From positions 261,415,655 to 261,479,654 of the forward strand of contig CM109175.1 in assembly GCA_048593225.1 (NCBI GenBank): a DNA stretch of 64,000 bases. Direction: 5' to 3'. The stretch's first letter is position 1; every line of letters starts with the position of its first letter. Positions 10,298 to 23,899 of this stretch are shown in pieces. The notes below the pieces were generated by a model. That model did not search any database and had not been told where the DNA came from. It was given only the letters and a program-made list of their open reading frames with translations. This DNA comes from Sarcophilus harrisii (lineage: Eukaryota). Both the position numbers and the translations under genes were made by a program.

Positions 10298-11845
10298 GTA
10301 CTAGGGAAATACAGTCACTTACCCCTTCTTTTAGGACTCAAGGCACTGTCATTGTAAAATGGAGTAGTGGGAGCAGAGTTCTACAGAACCATAAAGTATA
10401 CTACTAAGGTCACATCAGCAAGAAATTTTAGGAAATTCTATTTTAAATTATCTACAGAATAAGGTAGTGCCTAATTATAAAGTTTAAAAGTTTTCATCTT
10501 TCTAGATGAAGGCTGAAAAAGATTATAATCAAAGTCTAAAGGATTTGAATAAGGGAAACATAAGTTTGTTTGCCAAATCTCCAAAAAGTAGAGCAAATTC
10601 ATCAAAACTGCCCCAGAGCAGAGTACATTGGCACAATAGTATCAGTGCTTTTGTATAAATTGGACCTGATAGTTTTTCTTCCATTTTACCGTCTTTTCTT
10701 GAAGCTTCCTGAAGGTAGCTAGTTAACAAGTATTGATTCAAAGACATAATAGGAACTTACTGTTTGTGAGTTTAGGTATATCATTGATCTTTGCCTTTGT
10801 GGATCTTATAGTTTAATGCAGAGTTTCTTAACCTGGGATTCTTGATTTTTTTTTTTTTTTATATACATCTTTTGACAGTTGCATTTATTATTTACTGTCT
10901 TAGTAATTTAAGTATTTCATTTTATGTATTATTGGGAAAAGGGTCCATAGGATTCACTACACTATATAAGAGGCCTGGGAAACCAATACAGTTAAGAACT
11001 CCTGGTATAATGGGATGTAGATACAAATACAATTATAGTATGCATAATTGCTAAACATAGTACTACATAAAATCTGAGAAAGAATGAGGTCCCAGAATGA
11101 GATTGAAGAAGAGACAGCATGGATCTTACTGTGGCTGAATAAGTTTTCCTTTTCCATCCCTTATTCCTTGTACTTAGCCCTTTGCTGCTGACTGGCATTG
11201 GGGGGAATGAGAAAGCTGGGACTAAGGTTTGGGGTGGAAGCAGCAAGTATTACTATTCATGAGTGGGGCATAGCCTGTAGTTGCAGTGGGAGGGCTCCAG
11301 AAGCAGTTCAGGGGAAAAAACATTCCTCATCTGTACCTCCCTGGGATAACTATTTATATGTAAGGGTTTTTTATTAACTTATTCAAATGTTCATAAATAG
11401 ATGACTATTGATTGAGTTAAAAAAAAAAAAAAAAAAGTGTAATATTTCCAGTTATCTAGATTCCTCTGCTCAGTCCCTGGCATAGACTTAAACTACCCCT
11501 AGCTTTTTGAATGGCTTTTACAGGACCCTTTCCTCCTACCTTCATGTAGGATGATCTATTTTACAGTTCAGACTGACAGGACCATGTCATCAAAGGATAT
11601 ATTCCCAAAGGATGTGTAGGAATTTCACAGGCTAGATACCTTGATATCTGTTTTTTAGCCCTTAGACAAGCTAAGTCTATTCTTGAATTCCTTAGGCTAT
11701 TTCCTGTTGTATAGAGAATAATTCATTGAAAAACTAGAGAAGCTATTTCTTCCCCATTTTTTTCTAGAAGTCTTAGTTACTATATTGATTGATTGTAATA
11801 TCCTCTCCAGACTCAGGGTTTTATGGACACCCCTACCTCCTTTAG

Positions 11846-11965
<120 letters not shown>

Positions 11966-12169
11966 TAAAGGAAACATAACATGTGACAATGCCCTTTAGG
12001 CTTCCATTGGGATTGAGGAGGACATAGGGTTCTAAGCAGTCATACATACTTTACAGTAAGAAGAACACAGTTATGAAGTAGTAATCAATGTAGGCCTGCT
12101 CTTTGTTCCATGTACAACTGGCTTAACCTCCTCCCATCTCACTGCTTTCCTATTTTCCTCCCCTACCAG

Positions 12170-12219
12170 ATCTCCAATGATCCGAGCCCTGGCTACAACA
12201 TTGAACAGATGGCAAAGCG
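12170..12219 (+). CDS. OSGEP: OSGEP exon 5: ISNDPSPGYNIEQMAK(R)
   Basis: Acceptor ctaccag| and donor CG|gtaagg. Confidence 0.88.
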
Positions 12220-12296
12220 GTAAGGGCGGGGATAGGCTGAGTAGAATATTAAAAGGTATGGGAAAGGCCAGAAAAGGGAATCTGGTAAGACTTTAG

Positions 12297-12530
<234 letters not shown>

Positions 12531-12664
12531 TAATTAAAGACAGCTTGAGCTTTAAGGAAATAGGTATTAATTCTCTTGGCTCAGACCATAGACTTAATTT
12601 CTACTCTTATTATATTACTCTTATACACACCTCATGCTACCTTTAGATTTGTCTCTTTTCTCAG

Positions 12665-12730
12665 GAAGCAGCTCATCGAATGTTGGCTGCAAATGAATGT
12701 ACCCCTGAAGATCTGTGTTTCTCTCTCCAG
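12665..12730 (+). CDS. OSGEP: OSGEP exon 7: [22 protein letters not shown]
   Basis: Acceptor tctcag| and donor CAG|gtatta. Confidence 0.9.
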
Positions 12731-12798
12731 GTATTAGAGGGGAAGGGGTTGTAATAGATATTGGGGCTGAGGAAACCTAGTGAGTAGAGAGGGATTGA

Positions 12799-13089
<291 letters not shown>

Positions 13090-13284
13090 TAATGAGAATT
13101 CCAGAGCTACTTTTAGTCTTGTAAGAGTGGGAAGTATATTAATGGTCTACTCTTTAGCATACTTCCCAAGCTCCCTAGCTTGATCCTTATTCCTCTGAAT
13201 ACTCCCTAGTTAAGATTTGTTGTTGGTTGGTGACTTAAGTCAGAGAAACAAGTGGAATGAAACTGACTTCCATTGCTAACTCAG

Positions 13285-13360
13285 GTAATATGAGACTGCA
13301 GGAAATGATGGGGACAATGTGTGAAGAACGAGGTGCCAAACTTTTTGCTACTGATGAAAG
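13285..13360 (+). CDS. OSGEP: OSGEP exon 9: (G)[24 protein letters not shown](R)
   Basis: Branch-point CTGAC, polypyrimidine tract, and acceptor ctaactcag|GT. Donor AG|gtgaga. Confidence 0.8.
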
Positions 13361-13487
13361 GTGAGAGAGTGCTTCCTTTTCATTCCTGTCTACTTCCTTT
13401 CTTCAAGAGTCACTTATTCTAGCCAATGAACTATACATCCCCTTCCTCAGTATCCCAGAGCTGATGTATTTCCCTCTTTATCCACAG

Positions 13488-13586
13488 ATTTTGCATTGAC
13501 AATGGAGCTATGATTGCTCAGGCTGGCTGGGAAATGTTCCAGTCTGGACATAGAACAGCACTCGGTGATTCTGGGGTCACTCAGAG
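13488..13586 (+). CDS. OSGEP: OSGEP exon 10: (R)[32 protein letters not shown](R)
   Basis: Acceptor tccacag| and donor AG|gtaaga. Confidence 0.9.
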
Positions 13587-13914
13587 GTAAGATAATCTCT
13601 TCCCCACTTCTTCCTATATACAAGCATCTTGGAGAGAGGTCCACATTTCATTTTTTGATTAGTGGAGAAAATGGCTAATATTGGTATATATTATTAGATG
13701 TGGGTTTTTGTATTGGATGTTTTGCTTAATTCTTTTTTGTTACAAAGGAGATTTCAAATTAGAGGAGATGGTTGGGAAATGATTGTAATGTTTTTAAAAA
13801 ATAAAGGGTGTGTGTATGTCAAAATTCTGTGTCTAGGAATAAAGGTAAAGAGTGTTGAAGAGACGAATTTTCAATTAATGTCCCAATTTTTTCATCTATC
13901 ATATCCCTTCATAG

Positions 13915-13954
13915 GTATCGTACTGATGAAGTTGAAGTGACTTGGAGGAACTGA
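13915..13954 (+). CDS. OSGEP: OSGEP terminal coding exon: (R)YRTDEVEVTWRN*
   Basis: Acceptor cttcatag|. TGA stop at 13952-13954. Matches the human C-terminus YRTDEVEVTWRD. Confidence 0.9.
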
Positions 13955-14183
13955 CCTAGTGAGGGAGAGAGTCACACTGGATCAACACCAAGGAAAATCT
14001 GAATTTGTGGAACCTCCCTGTTGTTAACTGGCCACATAATGGGTTTTAGAGTAGATTCCCTATTATCTCTTCTAAAGAGCTGAGTTTCATCATGATTGAG
14101 CAATAATTTTGTGTGTCTGTCACTAACATGGATTTCTCAAAACCCATATGAATTGTCTTGTGCCAGGTACATAGAGCATGTTA

Positions 14184-14221
14184 AATAAATGCTTATTTGT
14201 TTGACAAGCTGACTAAATAAA
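14184..14221 (+). other. OSGEP: OSGEP polyadenylation signals: AATAAA at 14184-14189 and 14216-14221
   Basis: First AATAAA hexamers, ~230-270 nt past the stop. Confidence 0.45.
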
Positions 14222-15942
14222 AGCCTTATTGACTAGAAAAAGTGATAGCCAACTTTTTCAAGATGAGAAAAGAAATGAATTGAAAATACATGAAAAGGTT
14301 GTTTAATAACAGAAATTTGGCAGCAGAAATGATTGGCTGTAAGGCTAAGACTTGTGGGAGGTTGAACTACCTTACCTGTATATTTCTTTAAGATATTTGT
14401 TCAGCAGACATTTATTGAAGTCCTATTTGAAGGAGCAGGGAACTGATTGTATAAATGGGGAATAAGGATGCCACTATTGCATATTAACCTTGGATGTTTA
14501 GTTAAAATTTGTTTTAATAGTTTTGAGGTAGTGAAGGTCTGGGAGAAGGAACCCTGCTTTGGGATTATATACCTGTTGAGGGTTAGGAAGGGGAGAACTC
14601 CTTTATGAAGAACTGAGCCCTTGCCTAATAAGGTTCCTCTGGGGAAATTCTAAAGTCCTCCTAGAGCTGGGACTCTGTAGCTCCTTGGACCTTCTCTTTA
14701 TTCCCTTGTCTGCAGCTGTCATTGGCAGCAAATGGTCAGAGAGTTAACCAATGTAAGGTGAAGTGGGAGAACTTGAGAGGGAGACAGCAAGATCAGTGAG
14801 GTGGTCAGGTGTGGGGCTCAGGAGTTGGCAAAACAATGCCTCCAGGCCAAATACTTGCCTTTTTTGTCAAGCCAGGCCTTGAGCTAAGAATGATTTTTAC
14901 ATTTAAAAAAATATATATAAAACCCATTCTTAGTTCAAGTGCTGTACAGAAACAGGCAGCTGGCTAAATTTGGTCCTCTAACCCTTGTTTGCCCACTTCT
15001 GCTTTAGCCTGTTGCTTATATCCTCCTGCACATATGCGAGTGCATACACACACATGCATTTCAAGGTCTCCTGTAGTAGTAGTCCCCTGCTCTTTTCTCA
15101 ATTCTTGCTTAATGCCCTATCTCCTATATTTCCATTCTCCATGCCCTTCCTTACCAGGCTTCCTATGGAAACTGTAGAATAGCAGAAGAGTGAATCATAC
15201 AGCTATTAATTCTGCTCGCCAGGTAAGGAGAAACATGATGAGCAGGCAAAGCAGGGATAGCCACGGACTATACCATTTTAATTAAGGGTGCCAACCTAAG
15301 CCAGGGAGGAGACTGTAAACTGTCCCTCACTCTTAATCTTCAACCATGATTCGGACTTATGAGTTTCTATTCCAACCCACCAGCCACCTCCTGGGTCCCA
15401 GTTCTGTTGACAGCCCCCTCCCAATTTTTTTCTCCAAATCTCCCCAATCTAAGAGATTCCTGCAGTCACCAGGTGAGTGAGTGAGCAAGGTGTGGAAGCA
15501 ACTGAAGTTGACAAGGGCATACATAGGAACAGGAAGAAGTTGGAGATGGAAGCAACAGTGTTCAGCTTGAGCTTCAAAGAAGAAATGAGAGGTAAATAAG
15601 AATATTCAAAGTGAGGGACATGGGAAATGGGCCCAGAAATCTTGAGGAATCATCCCCATAACTTCCTATAGATTAAGTTATTTTCTTAAATTCTAGGGAA
15701 TTGGAAAAAGGGGCAGTAGGAGTGATGGATGAGTTTTTAGAAACAAATATTAAGTGCCTATTATGTGTTAGGCACTATGCTAAACACTACAAATATTATC
15801 TCATTTGACGGAAAAGGTATAAGTCCAGTTCAACTTAATAGGAGAATGGGAGGGGTACAAGTTACACAGAAGAGGAACAAAGCAATGGGTGGGGCCTGAT
15901 AGGATGAGGAAGAATATTTACCAATGAAAATAAAGCCTATAG

Positions 15943-16122
15943 CAGGGGTCCTCAAACTATGCCCACAAGCCAGATGCAGCAGCTGAGGATGTTTATCCTC
16001 ACCCAGGGCTATGAAGTTTATTTAAAGGCCCACAAAACAAAGTTTTTGTTTTTACTGTAGTCCTTCCAACAGTCTGAGGGACAGTGAACTGGCCCCCTAT
16101 TTAAAAAGTTTGAGGACCCCTG
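15943..16122. mobile_element. Non-autonomous DNA transposon (hAT-like MITE), ~180 bp. Terminal inverted repeats CAGGGGTCCTCAAACT...AGTTTGAGGACCCCTG. Flanked by an exact 8-bp target-site duplication GCCTATAG (15935-15942 and 16123-16130).
   Basis: Perfect 16-bp TIRs and a perfect 8-bp TSD seen directly. A second copy lies at 54882-55069. Confidence 0.75.
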
Positions 16123-19089
16123 GCCTATAGCAATGATGGTGAGCAAGTACCAGTGGCTCATTGTTCTAGCTCATATCCCTTCCCAAAGAAGCTAATGACA
16201 GGGTACAGCTTGTCCTGGCACAGACACTGAAGGAGTGGGTGGTTTAGTAAAAGCTGAGACTGGAAGCCCCACGTGATGGGTAAAACAACACTTTTACCTC
16301 CTTTACAGGGGTTGGGAAGGATTTGTAAAAACATAGAAACGACAGGAACCAGAGACAGAGATGGTATGAGGGAAGTATTGCAGAGAGGTGAGGGGATAGA
16401 GAAGGAGAACTCATGGAATCTCAAGGATGTACTGGCTGTAAACTAAGAGACATCTAAGGATGAATATGGAAGGAGATGGTGTGCTAGTGCAGGCTCTCAT
16501 AGATTCCTGACAATGTATTAAGTTTTCAATATAAGCATTTACATTTGGAAATTGGCAAATGCCACAAAATTAGGACTTCATTGTTTTATTCATTGTCTAC
16601 ATGTAAGAAAGTGATGGAGAAAATGTTAATAATGCAGATTGAATTTGAAGCCTTTCAATATTGTATGGGTTTAAGTTTTTACAGAGCTGATTGTCAAATA
16701 TTTACCAGCATATCACTATATACACATGCACATATATACACACACACATGCACACACTTGGGCATCAAGTTTTTTTTTTGTTTTGTTTTGTTTTGTTTTA
16801 AGAACCAACCAACTGGAGCCATATATATCAATGGATAACTCCTACCTGACTATAAGGGACACCACACTCCCCACTTCTCCTTGCCCTGACTGACTTGGAA
16901 GACTTTGGGAGCAGAGACAATGCAGGAGAGAGCAGAGTGTAGCACTGAAGATTGCAGCAGGGAACTGAAGGCAGACACCATGCTCATGGTCTAGAGAAAT
17001 AAGGCTGGTCAAGAATAGAAACTGAAGTCCACCCCTTCTCTTCTTCCCCTCCCCCTCTTGGCTTTCCTCCAGACCAGAATAACTTCTGCTATTAATCAGT
17101 CATCTCAATAACATATCCTCAGTCGAGCATCTCTCCTCTTTGTCACTCACCTGATTGATAGTAGTTAGACAGTCCATAGATACAGGAGCCAAGTTCCCTA
17201 CAGCTGCTGAAGTCCCGGCCATTTGGATACTCTGGCCCATAGCTCCTATTCCTCACACCCATATCTATCATATTCCCTGAAACTTATAGCACTACACAGG
17301 AATCTGAGAAGGGGCTGAGGATACAAGTCCCTTCTCAGGGAGAGGCCCCTATCTAAGGGCAACACTGCAGAGTAGATAGAACAAGGTCCAACAGGAATTC
17401 CTTTTACAGTAGCCCTTGTAGGATGATTTAGCCTTACATATATGCATTTTAATAATCAAAAAGCATAATATATGAATTGTATGTGTTTGGGCTAGCTTTC
17501 TGGAGGTCCTCCAGAAGGGCCTTGTTCTCAGTAGGATACACACCATGAGAATGGACAGGAATAGAGTCCAAAGTCTTTATTGTCTTTTACACAGTCTATG
17601 TCTGTCATAGTCTGATTCAGTCTCCTCCAGCAGTCTGCCAGTCTGATTTCCTGCCCCCAGTTCTTATATACAATATTACAATTACATCATTACAGCATAC
17701 TGAATATGTGTGAACTAGAGGACCACTCCATCACCATGTTAAGTACTAAGTATATAAATTAGAGAACCATTATCTCATCAATTCCTGAGTTAACACCTTG
17801 TTTCAAGTATACTTTTAAGTATACTTCTCCAGAGTTCTGGCTCTCTACAGTAAATCAACAATTACTTGACAGATATAAGTAGCTATTGATGCCTTACGCC
17901 TGGCATGTCAGAACCCTCTGTCCACTGGAACTCTTCCGGTACCCTTCTTATCTTCTCTACCTTCACCTATTTCCTTAACTATACTTTAACCTTACTTCCA
18001 AACCCCATAATAAACCTCTTTCATCAATCTAACTTTTTTGGTCAATAAATTCCTTCATTGGGAACTCGCACCGCCACTAGACCTCATTTAACTCCATATC
18101 CTTGCACCGCCGCTAGACCTCAAACCCTAATTTCATTTAGGTACCCCATATCTAGACCTCATCAGATACCACCTTTGCCCATTACGTTCTCTTCATTATC
18201 AGCCTCTATTTCCTCTGAGAGGTTGAGCCAAATAAAGACCAGGTAATTCTGCAGGCAGGTCTTACCAATAGTGAGCTGAATCTTACCAATAGTGGCAGTG
18301 ATGCCCAGGCAAGAAAGGGTAGTCCAAAAGATGGCAAAGAGGAATGGCTTTAGAGTCGCTGTGGCTGGGTCCAAGAGGCAGAAGCAAAGTGGAAAGAGGA
18401 AAGTGGATTGCATCTTCATACATACAGAATTCCCATTGCCCCCACGATCTTTCCCAGAGCTCAGCTCACCTCATTTAAGTTCCATCTTAACTCTTCTCCA
18501 ATCGATGTCCTCTCATTCCCTCTAACAAGACTCCGTGTTGACAAACATCAGGTTTTGAGGAAGCTAGTCAGGTGTTCTACTCCCTCTCTGAGATTCAATG
18601 ACCTCCTCTCACACTAGCCTTAGTGACTGAGGGGAAATGCCATACCTCCTTACACTGTGGGCCTCTTGCTCTGAGTTCTTCATCTGAGTTCCCCAAGGCT
18701 TCTGGCCCTTCTGACACCTCCCTCTTTTTAGAGATTTTTGAGCCTAATCCTCCTGGGGTGCACAGGGAAAGAAGCCCAAGATGTGCTCTGTCAAGGGGAG
18801 AATCACTTCTAGAAAGAGAAAAGGGAGAACATGAAGTGGGGATGGGGTGTGACTGGGTGCCATCACTAAAGCAAATCACAGAAAGTCTCAGCAAAGCCAG
18901 TGGGATGCATAGCCACAGCATCGGCAGGGACCAGAAGAGCCAGATGGCACCTCTGAGCTCTGGACCTGGACTCTAGGAGATCAAGAACTTCGTGCCTCAT
19001 GTGAAGAAGTGCTCCAGATCACCATTGTTCAGAAAAATGCAAATCCAGACAACTCAGACACCACTACACCCTTCAGATTGGCTAAGATG

Positions 19090-19350
19090 ACGAATGTTGA
19101 AGGGGATGTGGAACAACTGGGACACTAATGCATTGTTGGTGGAACTGTGAACACATCCAGCCATTCTGGAGAGCAATTTGGAACTATGCCCCAAAAGTTA
19201 TCAAACTGTGCATACCCTTTGGTCCAGCAGTGTTTCTACTGGGCTTATATCCCAAAGAGATCTTAAAGGAGGGAAAGGGACCCACGTGTGCAAAAATGTT
19301 TGTGGCAGCCCTCTTTGTAGTGGCAGAAACTGGAAACTGAGTGGATGCCC
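19090..19350 (+). mobile_element. L1 (LINE-1) ORF2 C-terminal fragment, sense orientation (…HCWWNCEHIQPFWRAIWNYAPKVIKLCIPFGPAVFLLGLYPKEILKEGKGPTCAKMFVAALFVVAETGN…)
   Basis: The ORF-track translation is the conserved L1 ORF2 tail. Followed by a T-rich run. Confidence 0.7.
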
Positions 19351-19739
19351 ATCAATTTTTTTTTTTTATTTTATTATAGTAACTTTTTATTGACAGAATC
19401 CATGCCAGGGTAATTTTTTTTTTTTTTTTTACAACATTATCCCTTGCACTCACTTCTGTTCCGATTTTTCCCTCCCACCCTCCACCCCCTCCCCTAGATG
19501 GCAAGCAGTCCTATATATGTTGAATATGTCTTAGTATATCCTAGGTGCAATGTATGTGTGCAGATCCAAACAGTTTTCTTGTTGCACAGGGAGAATTGGA
19601 TTCAGAAGGTAGAAATAACCCGGGAAGAAAAACAAAAATGCGAACAGTTTACATTCATTTCCCAGTGTTTTTTCTTTGGGTGTAGCTGCTTCTGTCCATC
19701 ATTGATCAACTGAAACTGAATTAGGTCTCTGTCAAAGAA

Positions 19740-19990
19740 ATCCACTTCCATCAGATTACATCTTCATACAGTATCGTTGTTGACGTATATAATGATCTCT
19801 TGGTTCTGCTCATTTCACTTAGCATCAGTTCATGTAATTCTCTCCAAGCTTCTCTGTATTCATCTTGCTGGTCATTTCTTACAGAACAATAATATTCCAT
19901 AACATTTATATATCACAATTTACCCAACCATTCTCCAATTGACGGGCATCCACTCAGTTTCCAGCTTCTCAGTCAGAGTCAGGATCAGTT
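19740..19990 (-). mobile_element. L1 3' fragment in antisense orientation (the reverse complement encodes the ORF2 end …WMPVNWRMVG)
   Basis: Sequence family 'gttgttgacgtatataatgatctcttggttctgctcatttcacttagcatcagttcatgtaa' recurs at 22260-22400, 40240-40400, 41830-41960 and 52780-52950. Confidence 0.6.
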
Positions 19991-21351
19991 AAAGTCCTTG
20001 GTCTTTAGGAAGAGAAGTGAAGGAGGCAGGCAAGCTGCCATGCAGCTCATCAAAGATGAATCCTGGACTCTGGAGTTCGGAGTCTCTAGCCTCTCTCCTC
20101 CTCTTCCTGCCTCAGAGCAACTCTGACCTCTCTCCCTCAACCCTCCAATCCTTGCCTAAGATTACTTCACCACCACACATTCAGCAAGCCCCAATTGGGA
20201 GGGGAGCCATCACATCACCATCTTATCTAAATATATGTATATAGAATATACATATATAGAAATATACATATATAGAAATATATGTATATTCTCACATGGA
20301 ATAGGTAATTAATCTCAAGTACTCTGCTGTCTCAGGTTCAAATACACCTTTTTAGAGTTTCAGCCTTCTACAACTGCCCTATAAAAAATGATGAACAAGC
20401 TGATTTTAGAAGGACCTAGATCCAAGGAAATTCTCCCCGACTGATAAAACATGAGGGAGAAGTAGAAATAGAAAAAAATCCACATATTACCACCTCAATG
20501 AAATCCTTTGTGGAAAACGCACAAAAATATTATTACCAAATTTCAAAACCAGAACAAAGAAAATTTTGCAAGAAGCAAGAATTCAAATACATTGGAGCTA
20601 CAATTAGAATTGTATAAGACTTCCAGCAATTACAAGAAAAGACTGCATTCATAGTTACCAACAATCAAAATAACTAGGCCAGTGGCCAAAATCATATCCA
20701 AGAAAAATATCCATGATATTAAATGAAAAAAATGGACATTCAATGAACTTGCAGATTTTCAGAACTTTCTATTAACCAAACCCAAACAATAGAAAATTTA
20801 ACATATAAGAGCCAATATAAAAGATCAATTTCAAGGAACTCAATATGGACAAATGGGTTTTTTTTTTTACATGTCAAATACACACTCTATGTTTGATTTA
20901 TAGAAACAACAGGGTAATTCAAAAGAAAGATTGGCAGAGTTAACGTAAAAATTAATTATACAAATGAGGTGCAGAGGAAGAATGGACAAAGAAGCATTGG
21001 AGTAGTTCTGAAAACCTACTCAAATTGGGAATCCTCCCTCATGTTTTGCTAAGCACATGATAATGTTCTCTTTTGTTTTGTATTCCTTTTCTGTTTTTCT
21101 GTTGTTTTTTTGTTTTTGTTTTTTTAATTAAAAAAAAAAGTCTGGAAAGATTTACACAAACTGATGCTGAGCAAAACAAGCAGAACCAAAAATACATTGT
21201 ATACAGTAACAATAAGATTGTGTAATGATCAACTATGAAAGACTTGGTTCTCAGAACTTCTCAGAAATTCAGTGATCTAAGGCAATCCAATAAACTTTGG
21301 ATAGCAAATGTCATCTGCATCCAGAGAAAGAACTATGGAAACTGAATGTAA

Positions 21352-21480
21352 GGCAGCTAAATGGCGCAGTGGATAGAGCCCATCGCTGAAGTCAGGAGGA
21401 CCTGAGTTCAAATGTGGCCTCAGACAATTAATACTTCATAGCTGTGTGACCCTGGGCAAGTCACTAACCCCAACTGCCAC
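21352..21480 (+). mobile_element. tRNA-derived SINE (SINE1_Mdo/MAR1-like) followed by an (AAAG)n microsatellite at 21483-21515
   Basis: tRNA-like head ggcagctaaatggcgcagtggatagagcc...gaggacctgagttcaaatgtggcctcagacaattaatacttcatagctgtgtgaccctgggcaagtcactaacc. Confidence 0.7.
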
Positions 21481-22189
21481 AGCAAAGAAAGAAAGAAAGA
21501 AAGAAAGAGAAAGAAGCGAAACTGGTGACCAAGGCAGAGAAAAGAATGATAGCTCATGTGAGTCATAATTAACATCCCTGGATTCTAATGCTCAAGGCCC
21601 AAGACTGTCCTTCAAAACTCCTCTGCTGTCGAAATCCTTCTATTGGTTCATACCCATACCAACCTGGGCTGTGATATAGGGTAACTAAAGATAGAGGAAG
21701 TGTCTTTCCAGGACAATCCCCCAAAGCTTTGGCTATTGACTTGTCCATTTTCTACCAAGCTAGAATCCAAGAAGAAACAATACTATTGAAGAGGAGAAAC
21801 AAAAGCCAGCTCTGTCCCCAGGATGGACTGGGAACTTGAGAGGTTAAGGGAGGAGGAAGTGTAGAGGACAGGAATCAGGGTTGCAGATCGAAAATGACCC
21901 ATCTCCAAGGTCTTGTACCAAGGGACAAGTTCAGGGTGTTCCAAAGCTCTCTACCTACTGGAATGTTCAAAGATTGTGTCCTTTTTTCTTCCCACCCGGA
22001 ATTTTTTTTCTTTTCTAGTAAATTTATTTTTGAATATACATTGTTTTATAAATCATGTTGGGAAAGAAAAATCAGCAAAAGAGAAAAACCATGGGAGAGA
22101 TTAAAAAAAAAAAAAACAGAAAAAAAGTGAACATAGAATGTGTTGATTTACTTTCAGTCTCCTTAATTTTTTTTCTGGATGCAAATGGC

Positions 22190-22800
22190 ATTTTTTGTCC
22201 AAAGTCCATTGGAATTGCTTTGGATCACTGAACCATTGAGAAGAACCAAGTCTTTCTTAGCTGATCATGCACATTCTTACTGTTATGGCGTACTGCTTGT
22301 TTCATTCAGCATCAGTTCATGTAAATCTTTCCACACATTTCTAAAATCTTGTTCATTTTTTATAGAACAGTAATATTCAATTACCTTCATATATCATAAC
22401 TTGTTCAGCCATTCCCTAGTTGATGAACATCTACTCATTTTCCAATTCTTTGCTACCACAAAAAAAAAACTGCTAGAAACATTTTTGCACATGTGAGTCC
22501 CCCCTTTATGATTTCCCTGGGACGCAGACTCAGTAATGGTACTGCTAGGTTAAAGGGTATGCACAGTTTTTTAGCCCTCTGGACATAGTTCTAAATTGCT
22601 CTCCAGAATCACTGGATCATTTTACAATTCCACCAACAATGCATTCGCGTCCCAGTTTTCCCACATCCCCTCCAATATTTATCATTATCTTTTTCTGTCA
22701 TCTTAGCCAACCTGAGAGGTATTTTAATTTTCATTTCTCTAATCAATAGTGATTTAGAGCATTTTTTCATATAATTATGGATGACTAATTTCATCATCTG
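22190..22800 (-). mobile_element. L1 ORF2 3' fragment, antisense (the minus ORF 22609-22797 ends …CGKTGTRMHCWWNCKMIQ)
   Basis: L1 ORF2 peptide signature HCWWNC plus the shared L1 3' body. Confidence 0.6.
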
Positions 22801-23899
22801 AAAATTGTTTGTTCATATCTTTTGAGCATTTATCAATTGCTTCCCACTCAGGATGAATGACTTGGAATGAGTAGTAGTGTGGAGAGCATAACTTAATCTT
22901 GGTCCTAGGATTCCTGAGACGGGCTGAGGTTCAAGACTTTGGGATTTTTTTCTCCTAAATGAGGTTGATTTCTGGTCATTGATAATTAGATGAAAAGATT
23001 CCTAGACAGACTCCCAGTTCAGAGGAATGGGTATACAATTTCTCAAGCAGTAGAACCAGCAACTCACCCTTTATGTGAGGAACAAAGAGAAAAGCCTACA
23101 CAGAAAAATGAAGAACATGTTGAGGCTGGTGACTAAGCTGGCAAGAGTCCTATGTGCTTTGATTGGGTTATAGGAATCATGATAAGGAATCATAGAAGGA
23201 AGTCTGAGGAATAAAGAGGGCTGAAGAGACAGAGGGAATAGGGAAAGCTATGGGTTGCACGAAAACTAAAACCAAGAGAAATTAGGTGGCCTAAAGGAGA
23301 ATAATCAAAGGCACTTGGGAGTTAAATTCTTGAGGAAAAGCTACTGATCCTTCTCAGAGTTTTTCTCCCCCTAGATGTGCTGCATGCTTAAGTGGGTCAG
23401 ATGTTTCGGGGGGGTTTCACAACCCGAAGCATCTCTGAAGCTGCAAAAGGGTTGCAAAGATGAGCCCTGGGGAGCAGATCCTAAAGAAATTGGCTCCAGG
23501 CTGGGAATTCCAAAGTCTTGTGCCTCAGCCAATCTCAGGACTGGTTCCTAGGACCCGACTGAAGTTATGTCCTGTACACCACATCCCGTTCCAAGTCAGT
23601 CAGTCCTGAGTGGGAAGAAGAAGGAAGGAAGGGACACAATTTTTGAATCTTCTAGCACGGAGAAAGCTTTGGAGCAGTCAACCTCTCCCACAAAGCCTAG
23701 AAGATGGGTCATTTTTGATCCACAACCCTGCCCCCTATCCTCACGCTCCCCAATCCCCACCCCCAACCTCTCAGGTGCCCGTACCACCTTGGGGATAGAG
23801 CTCTTCAGCAGCATAGTTTTTTCTTGAACCCTAGCTTGATAGAAAAAGGAAAAGTCAGTAGCCAAAGCTTTGGGGGATTGTCCCAGAAATAACTCAATT

